A stretch of DNA of 64,000 bases from Candidatus Moraniibacteriota bacterium (GCA_037441965.1 JBBIRD010000001.1:2255-66254); one strand, 5' to 3'; shown: positions 20,943-31,200, counted from the stretch's first letter. Program-made: numbers and translations. Notes: generated by a model from the letters alone, not told the origin.

Positions 20943-21287
20943 ATGTCACGAAGTCTCAAAAAAGGTCCATATGTTGATCCACGCGTGCTGAAGAAGCTCG
21001 AAGGAAAAAAGCTCGGTGATCGTACCGTTATTAAAACATGGTCACGATCTTGTACAATTTCTCCTGAAATGACTGGTTTCACATTTGGAGTACACAATGG
21101 AAAAGATTTTATTCCTGTTTTCGTTACTGAAGAAATGGTAGGGCACAAACTTGGTGAGTTTTCTCCCACACGAACATTCCGTCGTCACGGAGGAAAGATG
21201 CAGAAAGATCTTGAAACTGCAGCCAAACAACGTGAACTCGATGCCGCTAAAGCCGCTAAAAATTCTGCTCCCGCAGGTAAGAAGTAA
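20943..21287 (+). CDS. rpsS: 30S ribosomal protein uS19
   Basis: [14 protein letters not shown] and [11 protein letters not shown]. Confidence 0.98.
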   Translation: MSRSLKKGPYVDPRVLKKLEGKKLGDRTVIKTWSRSCTISPEMTGFTFGVHNGKDFIPVFVTEEMVGHKLGEFSPTRTFRRHGGKMQKDLETAAKQRELDAAKAAKNSAPAGKK

Positions 21288-21295
21288 ATAATGTT

Positions 21296-21835
21296 ATGAA
21301 GGTACAAGCTACACTCACAAATCTCAGAATAGCTCCACGTAAAGTGCGTCTCGTGACTCACTCACTTGTTGGTGTTGATGCTCGCGAAGCATTGCTTCAA
21401 CTCTCTAAACAAGTGAAGAAATCTTCGAAGCCACTATACGATCTCGTAAAGAGTGCAATGGCTAACGCAGTGAATAATAACGGACTTGATGAATCTAACC
21501 TGTATGTGCTCGAGGTACGCGTAGGTGATGGTCTTCGTCTTAAACGGTGGCTTCCTCGCGCTTTCGGAAGAGCGACACCATTACTCCATCGTGGATCTAA
21601 TGTGACAGTTATTCTTGAAGAAAAGATTGAAGGGAAAAATCGTGTTGCGAAGAAAGTGAAACCTGTTACTCCATCAATCAAAGAAGCGGAAGTGACAGAA
21701 ACGAAAGATGAAAAAAATATTGCAACAGGAATAAAGAATACTGGTAAAATCGAAGCATCGACAAAGTCAAATATCGGCAATAAAACAGCAAGTAGCAAGG
21801 TGATGAAAAAAGTGTTTCAGCGTAAATCAGTTTAA
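21296..21835 (+). CDS. rplV: 50S ribosomal protein uL22 with C-terminal extension
   Basis: RIAPRKVRLV and PRAFGRA. Confidence 0.96.
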   Translation: MKVQATLTNLRIAPRKVRLVTHSLVGVDAREALLQLSKQVKKSSKPLYDLVKSAMANAVNNNGLDESNLYVLEVRVGDGLRLKRWLPRAFGRATPLLHRGSNVTVILEEKIEGKNRVAKKVKPVTPSIKEAEVTETKDEKNIATGIKNTGKIEASTKSNIGNKTASSKVMKKVFQRKSV

Positions 21836-21865
21836 GTTAGTATCTAATTTGAGAGAAATAGAAAT

Positions 21866-22531
21866 ATGGGCAATAAAGTCAATCCAACTGGTATTCGTCT
21901 CGGCATTACAACAGACTGGCAATCACGCTGGTTTGGAAGTAAGAAGATGTATAGTATGCAACTTCGAAAAGATGTAGAAATCCGTTCTTTAATTATGAAG
22001 AAATGGAAAGCTGCTGCTATTGCTTCCGTACGGATTGATCGCTCAGCCAATGTAGTAAGATTGTATATCTCTACTGCTCGTCCAGGTGTGTTGATTGGTC
22101 GTGGCGGTACAGGCATAGAAGACCTTGCTCGTGTTATAAAGAAACAATTTTTCGCTGGAAAGAAAGTAGATCTGAAAGTAGAAGTAGAAGAAATCAAGAC
22201 TCCTGAAACAAATGCGATGCTTGTGGGTCAACAAGTAGCAGAGCAACTTGAAAAGCGTATGCCATTTCGTAGAATATTGAAGACAATGCTTGATCAAGTA
22301 GAGGCAAATAAAATTGTTGAAGGTGTGAAAATAGAATTGTGTGGTCGTCTTGGTGGTGCTGAAATGGCTCGTCGTGAATGGCTCTCGCGTGGTAAGATTC
22401 CTCTTCATACATTGCGTGCTGATATCGATTTTGCTCACGCTGAAGCTCATACGACATACGGAGTAATTGGTATCAAGACATGGATTTATAAAGGAGAGAA
22501 ATTTGCAGAAGTAAAAGAAGCAACCGAATAA
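21866..22531 (+). CDS. rpsC: 30S ribosomal protein uS3
   Basis: [23 protein letters not shown] and [10 protein letters not shown]. Confidence 0.98.
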   Translation: MGNKVNPTGIRLGITTDWQSRWFGSKKMYSMQLRKDVEIRSLIMKKWKAAAIASVRIDRSANVVRLYISTARPGVLIGRGGTGIEDLARVIKKQFFAGKKVDLKVEVEEIKTPETNAMLVGQQVAEQLEKRMPFRRILKTMLDQVEANKIVEGVKIELCGRLGGAEMARREWLSRGKIPLHTLRADIDFAHAEAHTTYGVIGIKTWIYKGEKFAEVKEATE

Positions 22532-22544
22532 TAGAAAGACGCTT

Positions 22545-22955
22545 ATGTTAATGCCAAAAAAAGTAAAACATCGCAAGATTCACCGAGGAGGGTGGTCTGG
22601 AAGTCCTGCAACAAGCGGGGATAAGGTATCTTTCGGAAGCTTTGGACTCAAAGCTGTCGAAGAAGGACTTATTTCTGCTCGTCAGATTGAAGCAGCAAGA
22701 CGCGCTATGACTCATTCCATTCAACGTGGTGGTAAAATCTGGATCCGTATTTTTCCTGATAAACCAATGACGAAGAAAGGTGAACAAACTCCAATGGGTA
22801 AAGGAAAAGGAAGTGTTGATCATTTTGTTGCGAAGGTAAGATCAGGAAGAATGTTGTTTGAACTCGATGGTATTCCAAAGAAAGCAGCAGAAGAAGCTAT
22901 CAGACTCGCATCTCATAAACTCGCTATCAAGACACGATTTATCGAGCGACAATAA
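22545..22955 (+). CDS. rplP: 50S ribosomal protein uL16
   Basis: [16 protein letters not shown] and MGKGKG. Confidence 0.98.
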   Translation: MLMPKKVKHRKIHRGGWSGSPATSGDKVSFGSFGLKAVEEGLISARQIEAARRAMTHSIQRGGKIWIRIFPDKPMTKKGEQTPMGKGKGSVDHFVAKVRSGRMLFELDGIPKKAAEEAIRLASHKLAIKTRFIERQ

Positions 22956-22985
22956 AAAGAAGTGAGAAAGTTATAAAGATTATAA

Positions 22986-23204
22986 ATGTTGAAAGAAGGT
23001 ATGAAAGCACAAGAATGGCGAGAAAAATCAGAAGGCGAGAGAGAGAAAGCTCTGCTCGAATTAAGAGACAAAGTACGCACACTTCGTTTTGATTTGGCAA
23101 CTCGCGAGACAAAAATTCATAGTGAGTATGGAAAAATAAAGAAAGATATTGCTCGTTTGATTACTCTCAAAAAAGAATCAGAATTGTCAATTAATGTAGA
23201 CTAA
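22986..23204 (+). CDS. rpmC: 50S ribosomal protein uL29
   Basis: LRF...IKKDIARLIT; operon position; start may be 23001. Confidence 0.9.
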   Translation: MLKEGMKAQEWREKSEGEREKALLELRDKVRTLRFDLATRETKIHSEYGKIKKDIARLITLKKESELSINVD

Positions 23205-23208
23205 GTAT

Positions 23209-23475
23209 ATGCAAAAAGGAATTGTCACAACAAGTGAAAAAAATACTCACGCACCAAGATTGTCTGGTACTGTTGTTAGTACAAAGATGGATAAAACATT
23301 GGTCGTAGCTGTTAATACACTCAAAACTCATCCGAAATATCTGAAACAATACCAATCAACAAAAAGGTATAAAGTGCATACAGAAGAAAAGAAATATGCT
23401 GTTGGTGATAAAGTTACATTTGAAGAATGTCGTCCGATGAGTAAAGAGAAACACCATACTATCGTTTCTGAATAA
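23209..23475 (+). CDS. rpsQ: 30S ribosomal protein uS17
   Basis: GTVVSTKMDKT, HPKY and ECRPMSK. Confidence 0.96.
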   Translation: MQKGIVTTSEKNTHAPRLSGTVVSTKMDKTLVVAVNTLKTHPKYLKQYQSTKRYKVHTEEKKYAVGDKVTFEECRPMSKEKHHTIVSE

Positions 23476-23496
23476 TCAAACAAAGAGGAGAATCTT

Positions 23497-23868
23497 ATGA
23501 TCCAAACTGAATCAAAATTGATGGTCGCTGATAATACCGGCGCAAAAATGATCAAGTGCTTCAAAGTGCTTGGAGGAACGCGTCGTCGCTACGCTGGGCT
23601 TGGTGATATTGTTATTGCATCAGTCAAATCTGCAGAGCCACGAGGTATAGTTAAGAAAGGTGAGATTGTAAAAGCTGTTATTGTTCGTCAGGTAAGATCA
23701 TATCGCCGTAAAGATAATTCTTACATTCGTTTCGATGAGAATGCTGCTGTGATCCTTGATGCAAATAAGATTGATCCGAAAGGGACTCGTATTTTTGGAC
23801 CGATTGCTCGCGAACTTCGCGAAAAAGGGTTTTCTAAGATTGTTTCACTCGCACCAGAAGTTTTATAA
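23497..23868 (+). CDS. rplN: 50S ribosomal protein uL14
   Basis: [19 protein letters not shown] and SLAPEVL. Confidence 0.98.
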   Translation: MIQTESKLMVADNTGAKMIKCFKVLGGTRRRYAGLGDIVIASVKSAEPRGIVKKGEIVKAVIVRQVRSYRRKDNSYIRFDENAAVILDANKIDPKGTRIFGPIARELREKGFSKIVSLAPEVL

Positions 23869-23877
23869 AGTATACTT

Positions 23878-24183
23878 ATGAAGATTAAAAAAGGAGATCA
23901 AATCGAAGTTATCGCAGGAAAGGATCTTGGCAAACGCGGAGAAGTGCTTGCTGTGTTTCCGAAGTTAGATCGTGTTACTGTCAAAGGAGTGAATATTTTG
24001 AAGCGTCATATTAAAGCGAAGCGTGATGGGGAAAATGGTCAGCGAATCGAAAAGGAATCTCCAATACATATTTCAAATGTGATGCTCGTATGTCCTCACT
24101 CTGGAGAATTGACACGCATTGGATACAAGATCGAAGGTGGAGAAAAAATTCGAGTGAGTAAGAAGTCAGGGAAAGCTATTTAA
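23878..24183 (+). CDS. rplX: 50S ribosomal protein uL24
   Basis: KKGDQIEVIAGKD and ESPIHISNV. Confidence 0.97.
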   Translation: MKIKKGDQIEVIAGKDLGKRGEVLAVFPKLDRVTVKGVNILKRHIKAKRDGENGQRIEKESPIHISNVMLVCPHSGELTRIGYKIEGGEKIRVSKKSGKAI

Positions 24184-24212
24184 TTCAAACGATGTAGAGG
24201 AAGATATTTCGT

Positions 24213-24779
24213 ATGAAAATTTTACAGAAGAAACAATGGTATAAAGAGAAGATTGCTGATGCTCTGCAAAAAGAGCTTGGTATCACAAACAAAATGGCTG
24301 TTCCTCGAATTGGAAAAGTTGTTGTGAATGTTGGTACAGGTAAGATTCTGAAAGATTCGAAACGAGTTGAAGATGTTATTGCTTCTCTTGAAACGATTAC
24401 TGGACAGAAAGTCATCGCAACGAAGGCTCGTAAAGCAATCGCTGGTTTCAAGACTCGTGAAGGACTCGAAGTAGGTGCGAGAGTTACTCTTCACGGAGAT
24501 CGTATGTGGTCATTCCTTGATCGATTGATCAATGTTGCTCTCCCTCGTGTTCGTGATTTTCAAGGTATTCCACAAAGTGCTATTGATCAAAATGGAAATT
24601 GTAATATCGGTATTAAAGAACATCTCGTTTTTCCAGAAATTGTCGCAGAGAAAGTTCAAAATATTTTCAGTTTTGAAGTGAATATTGTAACGACAGCGAA
24701 AAATAAAAAAGAAGGAGAAGCATTGTTCCGTCTTCTCGGATTGCCGCTACAACGCACAGAGGTAATAAGAGAAAAGTAA
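24213..24779 (+). CDS. rplE: 50S ribosomal protein uL5
   Basis: KVVVNVG, ITGQK and LPRVRDFQG. Confidence 0.97.
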   Translation: MKILQKKQWYKEKIADALQKELGITNKMAVPRIGKVVVNVGTGKILKDSKRVEDVIASLETITGQKVIATKARKAIAGFKTREGLEVGARVTLHGDRMWSFLDRLINVALPRVRDFQGIPQSAIDQNGNCNIGIKEHLVFPEIVAEKVQNIFSFEVNIVTTAKNKKEGEALFRLLGLPLQRTEVIREK

Positions 24780-24794
24780 TCTATCGAAATCTAT

Positions 24795-24980
24795 ATGGCA
24801 AAAACATCTACTGCAGCTAGAGCACTCAAAACCCCGAAGTTTTCAACTCGTATTGTGAATCGATGTTGGAAATGTGGTCGTAAACGTGGGTATCTCAGAA
24901 AATATGACGTGTGTCGTATTTGTTTCCGTGAGCTCGCTAATAGCGGTCAGGTTCCTGGAGTAAAAAAGTCATCTTGGTAA
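24795..24980 (+). CDS. rpsN: 30S ribosomal protein uS14, Zn-binding type
   Basis: RCWKCGR...CRICFRELA; 61 aa. Confidence 0.97.
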   Translation: MAKTSTAARALKTPKFSTRIVNRCWKCGRKRGYLRKYDVCRICFRELANSGQVPGVKKSSW

Positions 24981-24999
24981 ATTTAAGTTAGAAGACACT

Positions 25000-25407
25000 A
25001 TGTTAGATCCAATCGCAGACATGTTAACAAGAATCAGAAATGCTCAGCTCGCTGGCCATAGTTCTGTTTCTATGCACGCTTCAAAGATGAAATTTGTTCT
25101 TGCTTCTATTTTAGAGCACGAAGGATTTGTAGGGCGTGTTGAAAAAAAGACGGAAGAAAGTGGACATAACACACTTTGTATCACGCTTAAATATACACAA
25201 GTTTCTCCAACAAAGAAGGTTCCTGCTATTCAGGAATTGACCCGTGTGAGTAAGCAAGGTTGTCGTATTTATGTGAAGAAAAGTGAGATCAAAAAAGTAA
25301 AAAATGGATACGGTATCGCTATCGTGTCCACTTCACAAGGAGTGATGACAGGAACAGAAGCGTTTCGTCGTGGTCTTGGTGGAGAATATATTTGTAGAGT
25401 GTGGTAA
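25000..25407 (+). CDS. rpsH: 30S ribosomal protein uS8
   Basis: DPIADMLTRIRNA, STSQGVM and GGEYIC. Confidence 0.98.
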   Translation: MLDPIADMLTRIRNAQLAGHSSVSMHASKMKFVLASILEHEGFVGRVEKKTEESGHNTLCITLKYTQVSPTKKVPAIQELTRVSKQGCRIYVKKSEIKKVKNGYGIAIVSTSQGVMTGTEAFRRGLGGEYICRVW

Positions 25408-25431
25408 TTGCTCGAGTTAAAGTTATTCATT

Positions 25432-25968
25432 ATGAGTAGAATTGGAAAAAAACCAGTAATCATCCCAAGTGGGGTAGAAGTAGCAGTGAATGCTAATAAG
25501 GTTTCTGTAAAGGGACCAAAGGGATCACTCGATTTTTCTCATTTGCGTGAAGCAAGAGTGGTTGTAAATGAAAATGAAGTGCTTGTTACAAAAGTAGGTG
25601 ATACGAAGATATCACGCGCTGTTTGGGGAACAACTGCAAAAATTATATCCAATATGATTCTGGGTGTAACGACTGGTTTTCAGAAACAACTTGAATTGAA
25701 TGGTGTTGGTTATCGTATGAATGTTGCTGGAAAGAAACTTACTCTTGCTCTTGGTTTTTCTCATCCGGTAGAGCGAATTGTTCCAGAGGGTTTGGAGGCA
25801 AAAATCGAGAACAATGTCCTTACTATTTCTGGTATCGATAAACAAAAAGTAGGTGAATTTACTGCGGTGATCAGAAAATTAAAACCAGTAGAACCATATA
25901 AAGGAAAAGGTTTCCGTTATGTTGGTGAAATCGTTCGTCGTAAAGAAGGTAAAAAGGCATCTGCCTAA
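25432..25968 (+). CDS. rplF: 50S ribosomal protein uL6
   Basis: MSRIGKKP and EPYKGKG. Confidence 0.98.
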   Translation: MSRIGKKPVIIPSGVEVAVNANKVSVKGPKGSLDFSHLREARVVVNENEVLVTKVGDTKISRAVWGTTAKIISNMILGVTTGFQKQLELNGVGYRMNVAGKKLTLALGFSHPVERIVPEGLEAKIENNVLTISGIDKQKVGEFTAVIRKLKPVEPYKGKGFRYVGEIVRRKEGKKASA

Positions 25969-25993
25969 TGAATTTGTGTAAATATTTTTGAGT

Positions 25994-26350
25994 ATGCTCA
26001 AGCGAGAAATGAAAAAAGTGAAACGATTTGAACGAAAGCGTCGTGTTCGTGCAAAGATATCGGGTACAAGTGATTGTCCTCGTCTTTCAGTCTTCCGTAG
26101 TCTGAGAAACATTTCAGTACAAGCGATCGATGATGAAGCAGGGAAAACATTGGCGAGTGCGAGTCTTGTTTTGATCGATAAAAAAGCGAAGAATACTGTT
26201 GAAGGAGCAACACTCGTCGGAACAAAAATCGCTACCGATCTTCTCGCTTTGAAGATTACAAAAGCAGTGTTTGATCGTTCGGGATATCGTTATCATGGCA
26301 AAGTAAAAGCGCTGGCTGAAGCTGCTCGAACTGCCGGACTTATATTTTAG
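25994..26350 (+). CDS. rplR: 50S ribosomal protein uL18
   Basis: PRLSVFRS and FDRSGYRYHGKVKALA. Confidence 0.97.
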   Translation: MLKREMKKVKRFERKRRVRAKISGTSDCPRLSVFRSLRNISVQAIDDEAGKTLASASLVLIDKKAKNTVEGATLVGTKIATDLLALKITKAVFDRSGYRYHGKVKALAEAARTAGLIF

Positions 26351-26371
26351 GCTATTAATAATCGAGAAACT

Positions 26372-26893
26372 ATGGTAAAGCAAGGAAAAAAAGCAGTAAG
26401 ACGAGAAAAGCCTGAGTTTGATCAGAAACTTTTGAACTTGGCTCGTGTTACTCGTGTGGTGAAAGGTGGACGCCGTTTCCGTTTTCGTGCCACACTTGTT
26501 ATTGGTAATCGTAAAGGAAAAGTAGGTGTTGGTGTTGCAAAGGGATCAGATGTGTCTGATGCTATACAAAAAGCTTTCAATGATGCAAAGAAAAATATGG
26601 TAACGATTGAGCTTGCTGGATCGACTATTTCTCATGATGTTTTTGCAAAGCTTGGTAGTGCTCGCGTACTTCTCAAACCAGCTTCCGAAGGACAGGGTAT
26701 TATTGCTGGAGGAGCAGTGCGTTCCGTTGTAAACCTGCTTGGTGTGAAAGATATTGTTTCCAAATCTTTAGGCGCTTCTAATCCTTTGAATGTTGCTCGT
26801 GTGACTGTCAAAGCACTTTCGATGCTCAAAGCACCACGCGTTCCAAAGGCAATAAAAGAAGAAGTAAAGGAAAATAAAAAAGAAGAAGCCTAA
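26372..26893 (+). CDS. rpsE: 30S ribosomal protein uS5
   Basis: RVTRVVKGGRRF and GIIAGGAVR. Confidence 0.98.
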   Translation: MVKQGKKAVRREKPEFDQKLLNLARVTRVVKGGRRFRFRATLVIGNRKGKVGVGVAKGSDVSDAIQKAFNDAKKNMVTIELAGSTISHDVFAKLGSARVLLKPASEGQGIIAGGAVRSVVNLLGVKDIVSKSLGASNPLNVARVTVKALSMLKAPRVPKAIKEEVKENKKEEA

Positions 26894-26927
26894 GATTGTT
26901 TAAAGTCATCTCGTAAGCGATAAATAT

Positions 26928-27353
26928 ATGCAAATTCATCAACTCTCTGTTACCAAGAAAAAAGCTTGTAAACGCATTGGACGCGGAGGTAAACGCGGTA
27001 CAACAGCTGGTCGTGGAAGTAACGGCCAAAAATCTCGTACAGGAGCTTCTGTCGATCCTCTTTTTGAAGGTGGTCGATCAACATTTTTGGAACGATTGAA
27101 AAAAGTTCGCGGTTTCAAAGCAGTACATGCGAAGAAAATAACAGTAAAACTTTCTGATATAGAAAGAGTATATGCTTCTGGAGAAACAGTATCGATTGAT
27201 ACACTGATCGCTAAAAAACTTGCTCCAAAAAATGCACTCTCTCGAGGAGTAAAAATCGTTGCTACCGGAACTCTGACAAAAAAATTGACTTTAGATAAAG
27301 GTATTTTTGCCTCAGCAAAAGCAAAAAATGCTTTTGGAGAAATTGATAAATAA
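26928..27353 (+). CDS. rplO: 50S ribosomal protein uL15
   Basis: RIGRG..GTTAGRG..GQKSR and FEGG. Confidence 0.96.
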   Translation: MQIHQLSVTKKKACKRIGRGGKRGTTAGRGSNGQKSRTGASVDPLFEGGRSTFLERLKKVRGFKAVHAKKITVKLSDIERVYASGETVSIDTLIAKKLAPKNALSRGVKIVATGTLTKKLTLDKGIFASAKAKNAFGEIDK

Positions 27354-27446
27354 TACTTGTATATATTTTTTCTCTTTTCTTTATGAAGAGAGGGGAATAT
27401 ACTGAAAAGTAAGTGTTTGCATTAAAAAAGAAAACGATTTCCTTTC

Positions 27447-28718
27447 ATGCGTGAAACTTTCCTCAATATTTTTCGAATAAAAGAATTACGGAATAAGATA
27501 TTTTTTATTCTTGGTCTTCTTGTTATCTATCGGCTTTTTGCAAATATTCCTTTACCAGGAGTAGATGTTTTAGCTTTGAAAAAACTTTTTGAAGAGAATG
27601 CTTTTTTAGGATTACTCAATGTTTTTTCTGGAGGAGGATTGTCGAATATTTCGCTTGTTCTTCTTGGTGTTGCTCCGTATATTACGGCTTCGATTATTAT
27701 GCAACTTCTGACAACGATTGTTCCTAGTCTTGAAAGAATGTATAAAGAAGAAGGAGAAATAGGAAGACAAAAGTTTAATATGTGGACACGATGGATCACT
27801 CTTCCACTCGCAGCGCTTCAGTCTTTTAGTATGCTTTCCCTCCTTCGTTCTCAGAATATTTTGGGAGATATCACTCCTTTTGTAATGACGGTGATTATCA
27901 TCAGTGCTACTGCAGGAACTATCTTTCTTATGTGGCTCGGTGAACTTATTACCGAAAAAGGACTAGGTAATGGAGTATCGATGATTATTTTTGCAGGTAT
28001 CGTATCTGCTCTTCCAACAGGCATTTCTCGTTTCATAGCCACATGGGATCCTGCGCAAATTTTTACATATATTCTTTTTGCTTTGGTGGCAGCTGTTACC
28101 ATCGCAGGTGTGATTTTTGTGAATGAAGGTCAAAGAACGATACCAGTCGCATACGCCAAGCGTGTTCGTGGAGCACAGGTATATGGCGGATCATCAACTC
28201 ATCTCCCTCTTCGTGTTAATCAAGCAGGAGTGATTCCAATCATTTTTGCAGTATCACTCATTCTTATTCCAACGATGGTAGCAAATTTCCTCGCGCAGAG
28301 CAGTCATGAGAAAATTGCGAATATAGCTCTTTCTGTGAGTGCTTGGCTTCAGAATCAGTGGATTTATGGATCTTTGTATTTTTTCCTTATCGTTCTTTTT
28401 ACTTATTTCTATACAGCAGTTGTTTTCGATCCTGTAAAGATCGCTGAAAATTTGCAAAAACAAGGTGGATATATTCCGGGTATTCGTCCAGGAAATACGA
28501 CTGCAGAATATCTTTATCACATTATTAATAGGATTACTCTCGCTGGAGCATTTTTCTTGGGAGCGATTGCTGTATTACCTTTCATTGTACAAGGTATTAC
28601 AGGAATCAATTCCTTCTCTATTGGAGGTGTCAGTATTTTGATTGTTGTATCAGTGGTTTTGGAAACAGTGAAGCATATTCAAAGTCAACTTACGATGCGA
28701 AGTTACGAGTCTTTCTAA
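27447..28718 (+). CDS. secY: Preprotein translocase subunit SecY
   Basis: LGVAPYITASI, GNGVSMIIF and IPGIRPG; about 10 TM segments. Confidence 0.98.
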   Translation: MRETFLNIFRIKELRNKIFFILGLLVIYRLFANIPLPGVDVLALKKLFEENAFLGLLNVFSGGGLSNISLVLLGVAPYITASIIMQLLTTIVPSLERMYKEEGEIGRQKFNMWTRWITLPLAALQSFSMLSLLRSQNILGDITPFVMTVIIISATAGTIFLMWLGELITEKGLGNGVSMIIFAGIVSALPTGISRFIATWDPAQIFTYILFALVAAVTIAGVIFVNEGQRTIPVAYAKRVRGAQVYGGSSTHLPLRVNQAGVIPIIFAVSLILIPTMVANFLAQSSHEKIANIALSVSAWLQNQWIYGSLYFFLIVLFTYFYTAVVFDPVKIAENLQKQGGYIPGIRPGNTTAEYLYHIINRITLAGAFFLGAIAVLPFIVQGITGINSFSIGGVSILIVVSVVLETVKHIQSQLTMRSYESF

Positions 28719-28830
28719 TGTCTTAGAAATAAAACAATATAATTTTTTAATTTTTCTCTTACACGATTTTATTTTTTAGATAGAGAATAAAGAATATCTA
28801 AGGAATAGAAAATAGAGATCAAAAAATAAA

Positions 28831-29493
28831 ATGCCTCTTAAAGATACTTATATTCTTCTTGGCTCTGCTGGAAGTGGAAAAAGCACACAAGCCGAACTCC
28901 TGAAGAGTTCACTTCACCTTGCTCATATCGATATTGGATCAGAATTGCGTGCTGTAGCATCACAGGATACTCCTTTGGGACACGAAGTAAATGAGATTAT
29001 CAATGTTACGCATTCTTTTGTTCCTGATGAAGTGGTTTTTTCGGTATTGCTTGATGCAGTGCATTTCGTTCCTGAGACAGTTGGGCTTCTTATCGATGGT
29101 ATTCCGCGCAGAGAAAGTCAAATAGGAAAAGTACTTGAGGTATTGGATACAGCACATCGATCACTCAATAAAGTTATTTTCATTGATGTTCCTGAAGCAA
29201 TTTCTGTTGATCGTATTTCAAAAAGATATGCGTGTACAATATGTAGACGGAGCTATATTCTTGGTAAAAATTTGATCGACAGTGAAACGCCGTGCCGTTA
29301 TTGTAGTGGACATATCACGCAAAGGACAGATGACACAGAAGAAGGCGTGCGTACCCGTCATCGTATTTTTCAAGAAGAAACATTGCCTGTAATACATTAT
29401 TTTGAAAAAACAGGTCAACTTCTCAAAATTAACGGTGATCAAGAAACATACCGAGTGTTTCAGGACATTTTGAAATATGTTCGACCAGAATAA
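28831..29493 (+). CDS. adk: Adenylate kinase with Zn-LID
   Basis: GSAGSGKSTQA P-loop, DGIPR, CxxC...CxxC and QRTDD. Confidence 0.9.
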   Translation: MPLKDTYILLGSAGSGKSTQAELLKSSLHLAHIDIGSELRAVASQDTPLGHEVNEIINVTHSFVPDEVVFSVLLDAVHFVPETVGLLIDGIPRRESQIGKVLEVLDTAHRSLNKVIFIDVPEAISVDRISKRYACTICRRSYILGKNLIDSETPCRYCSGHITQRTDDTEEGVRTRHRIFQEETLPVIHYFEKTGQLLKINGDQETYRVFQDILKYVRPE

Positions 29494-29509
29494 ATAATGA
29501 AATAAGAGA

Positions 29510-30304
29510 ATGATTTTTATGAATAAAGAATGGATTAAAACAGCTGATGAAATTGATCGTCTTCGTCATTCTTCTGAACAATTGGCGCGTATTTTGGATA
29601 CTCTGATCAAAACACTTCGTCCAGGTATGAGTACAGGAGATATTGATGAAATGAGTGAAAAATTAATGCTTGAAATTGGAGCGATTCCGATATTCAAAGG
29701 ATATGGAGGTGAGTCGGGACACCCTTTTCCTGCGACTCTGTGTACTTCTTTGAATGAAGAAGTGGTACACGGCATTCCAAGTAAACAAAGGATTATCAAA
29801 GAGGGGGATTTAGTGAAACTTGATATTGGTATGCGTTATGAAGGTATGGTTTCTGATATGGCGCGTACGATAAAGATAGGCACAGTTTCTCCTCTAGCGG
29901 AGAAGTTGACACGGATTACTGAAGAATGTTTAGACAAAGGAATAAAAACACTTCGTCCAGGAGCTCATATTTTTGATTATGCGCGTGCCGTTCAAGAACA
30001 CGCTGAATCGAATGGTTTTTCTGTTGTACGCGATCTTGTTGGGCATGGAGTTGGTAGAGAACTTCACGAAGATCCTCAAGTTCCAAATTATATTGCAAGA
30101 GATATAAATAATTTTGTTCTTGTTGAAGGAATGACATTAGCACTCGAACCAATGGTGAATGCAGGCACACACGAAGTAGAAATTGCTGATGATGACTGGG
30201 CTTTCATTACTGCAGACGATGCTCTCTCGGCACATTTTGAAAATACTGTTGTTATTACAAAAAATGGTGCAGAGATTTTGACGAAACTTCCTCTTTCAAG
30301 ATAG
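29510..30304 (+). CDS. map: Methionine aminopeptidase type I
   Basis: VVHGIP, GHGVG..LHEDP, LEPMVN and SAHFENT. Confidence 0.96.
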   Translation: MIFMNKEWIKTADEIDRLRHSSEQLARILDTLIKTLRPGMSTGDIDEMSEKLMLEIGAIPIFKGYGGESGHPFPATLCTSLNEEVVHGIPSKQRIIKEGDLVKLDIGMRYEGMVSDMARTIKIGTVSPLAEKLTRITEECLDKGIKTLRPGAHIFDYARAVQEHAESNGFSVVRDLVGHGVGRELHEDPQVPNYIARDINNFVLVEGMTLALEPMVNAGTHEVEIADDDWAFITADDALSAHFENTVVITKNGAEILTKLPLSR

Positions 30305-30325
30305 AATCTTATTTTTATTTTTGAA

Positions 30326-30751
30326 ATGTTTATGCAGAATTATCTTGGATTAGATTTTGGTACAACAAATATTGGCATTGCTCTTGCTCATTTTGAAACA
30401 AAAGTTGCTCTTCCTTACTGTACTTTGAAAAATGATGAAACGATACTCAAGAAAATAGGTGAGATTATATCGAAGGAAGATATCGGCACGATAGTTATTG
30501 GTATTCCGACATATACAATAGCACCTGCGAAAGAATACGAAGCAAAGATTTTTGGAGATACTCTTTTACAACATTTTCCTGTTAAAATTGTGTATCAAGA
30601 TGAAATGTTTACCACTCAGATGGCGGAGAAAAATCTCATAAAACAGGGGATAAAGCATGTTTCTAAAAATAATGACGAAGAAGCATCGCGCATTATCTTA
30701 CAAGAATGGATAGATCATTTTTCGAAACATATTGAAGAAAAGAATATTTGA
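30326..30751 (+). CDS. yqgF: YqgF/RuvX-family RNase H-like nuclease
   Basis: LGLDFG..IGIA, IVIGIP, DEMFTT and ILQ. Confidence 0.85.
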   Translation: MFMQNYLGLDFGTTNIGIALAHFETKVALPYCTLKNDETILKKIGEIISKEDIGTIVIGIPTYTIAPAKEYEAKIFGDTLLQHFPVKIVYQDEMFTTQMAEKNLIKQGIKHVSKNNDEEASRIILQEWIDHFSKHIEEKNI

Positions 30752-30795
30752 GAGTATACTAAAGATGTCTTTTATTTATAAAAAACGCTATCTTT

Positions 30796-31194
30796 ATGGA
30801 AGAAGAAAATCAATTGTCAAGAAAGAAAGTGTGCATTGTAGATGATACAAATGAGATAAGAGAGATTTATGGTACTAAGTTTACTCGTGAAGGTTTTGTC
30901 GTAGTGATGGCCAAAGATGGCGAGGAGGCTCTCAGAGTGATCAAAGAAGAGCGTCCTGATGTTATTTTGCTTGATATACAAATGCCTGTTCTCGATGGGT
31001 TTGGTGTTTTGGAGGCTTTGAAAAACGATATTGATTTGAAAGACATCCCAGTCGTTATTTTGAGTAATGTTGATAAAGATGATGTATTTCAAAAAGTAAG
31101 TGATTTAGGGAGTGCAAAGTATTACCTTGTAAAATCTATCACTAATCCACAAAAAGTAGTTGATATTACTCTTGACGCTTTAGCAGGAAGATAA
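30796..31194 (+). CDS. Stand-alone response regulator receiver (CheY-like)
   Basis: IVDD, LLDIQMP and LVKS; no output domain. Confidence 0.9.
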   Translation: MEEENQLSRKKVCIVDDTNEIREIYGTKFTREGFVVVMAKDGEEALRVIKEERPDVILLDIQMPVLDGFGVLEALKNDIDLKDIPVVILSNVDKDDVFQKVSDLGSAKYYLVKSITNPQKVVDITLDALAGR

Positions 31195-31200
31195 GAAACA

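Noticed and set aside
14081-22576. Long antisense ORFs opposite fusA, tuf and ribosomal protein genes (e.g. 17445-18140, 22043-22576)
   Set aside because: Codon-bias shadows of highly expressed genes with no recognisable motifs.
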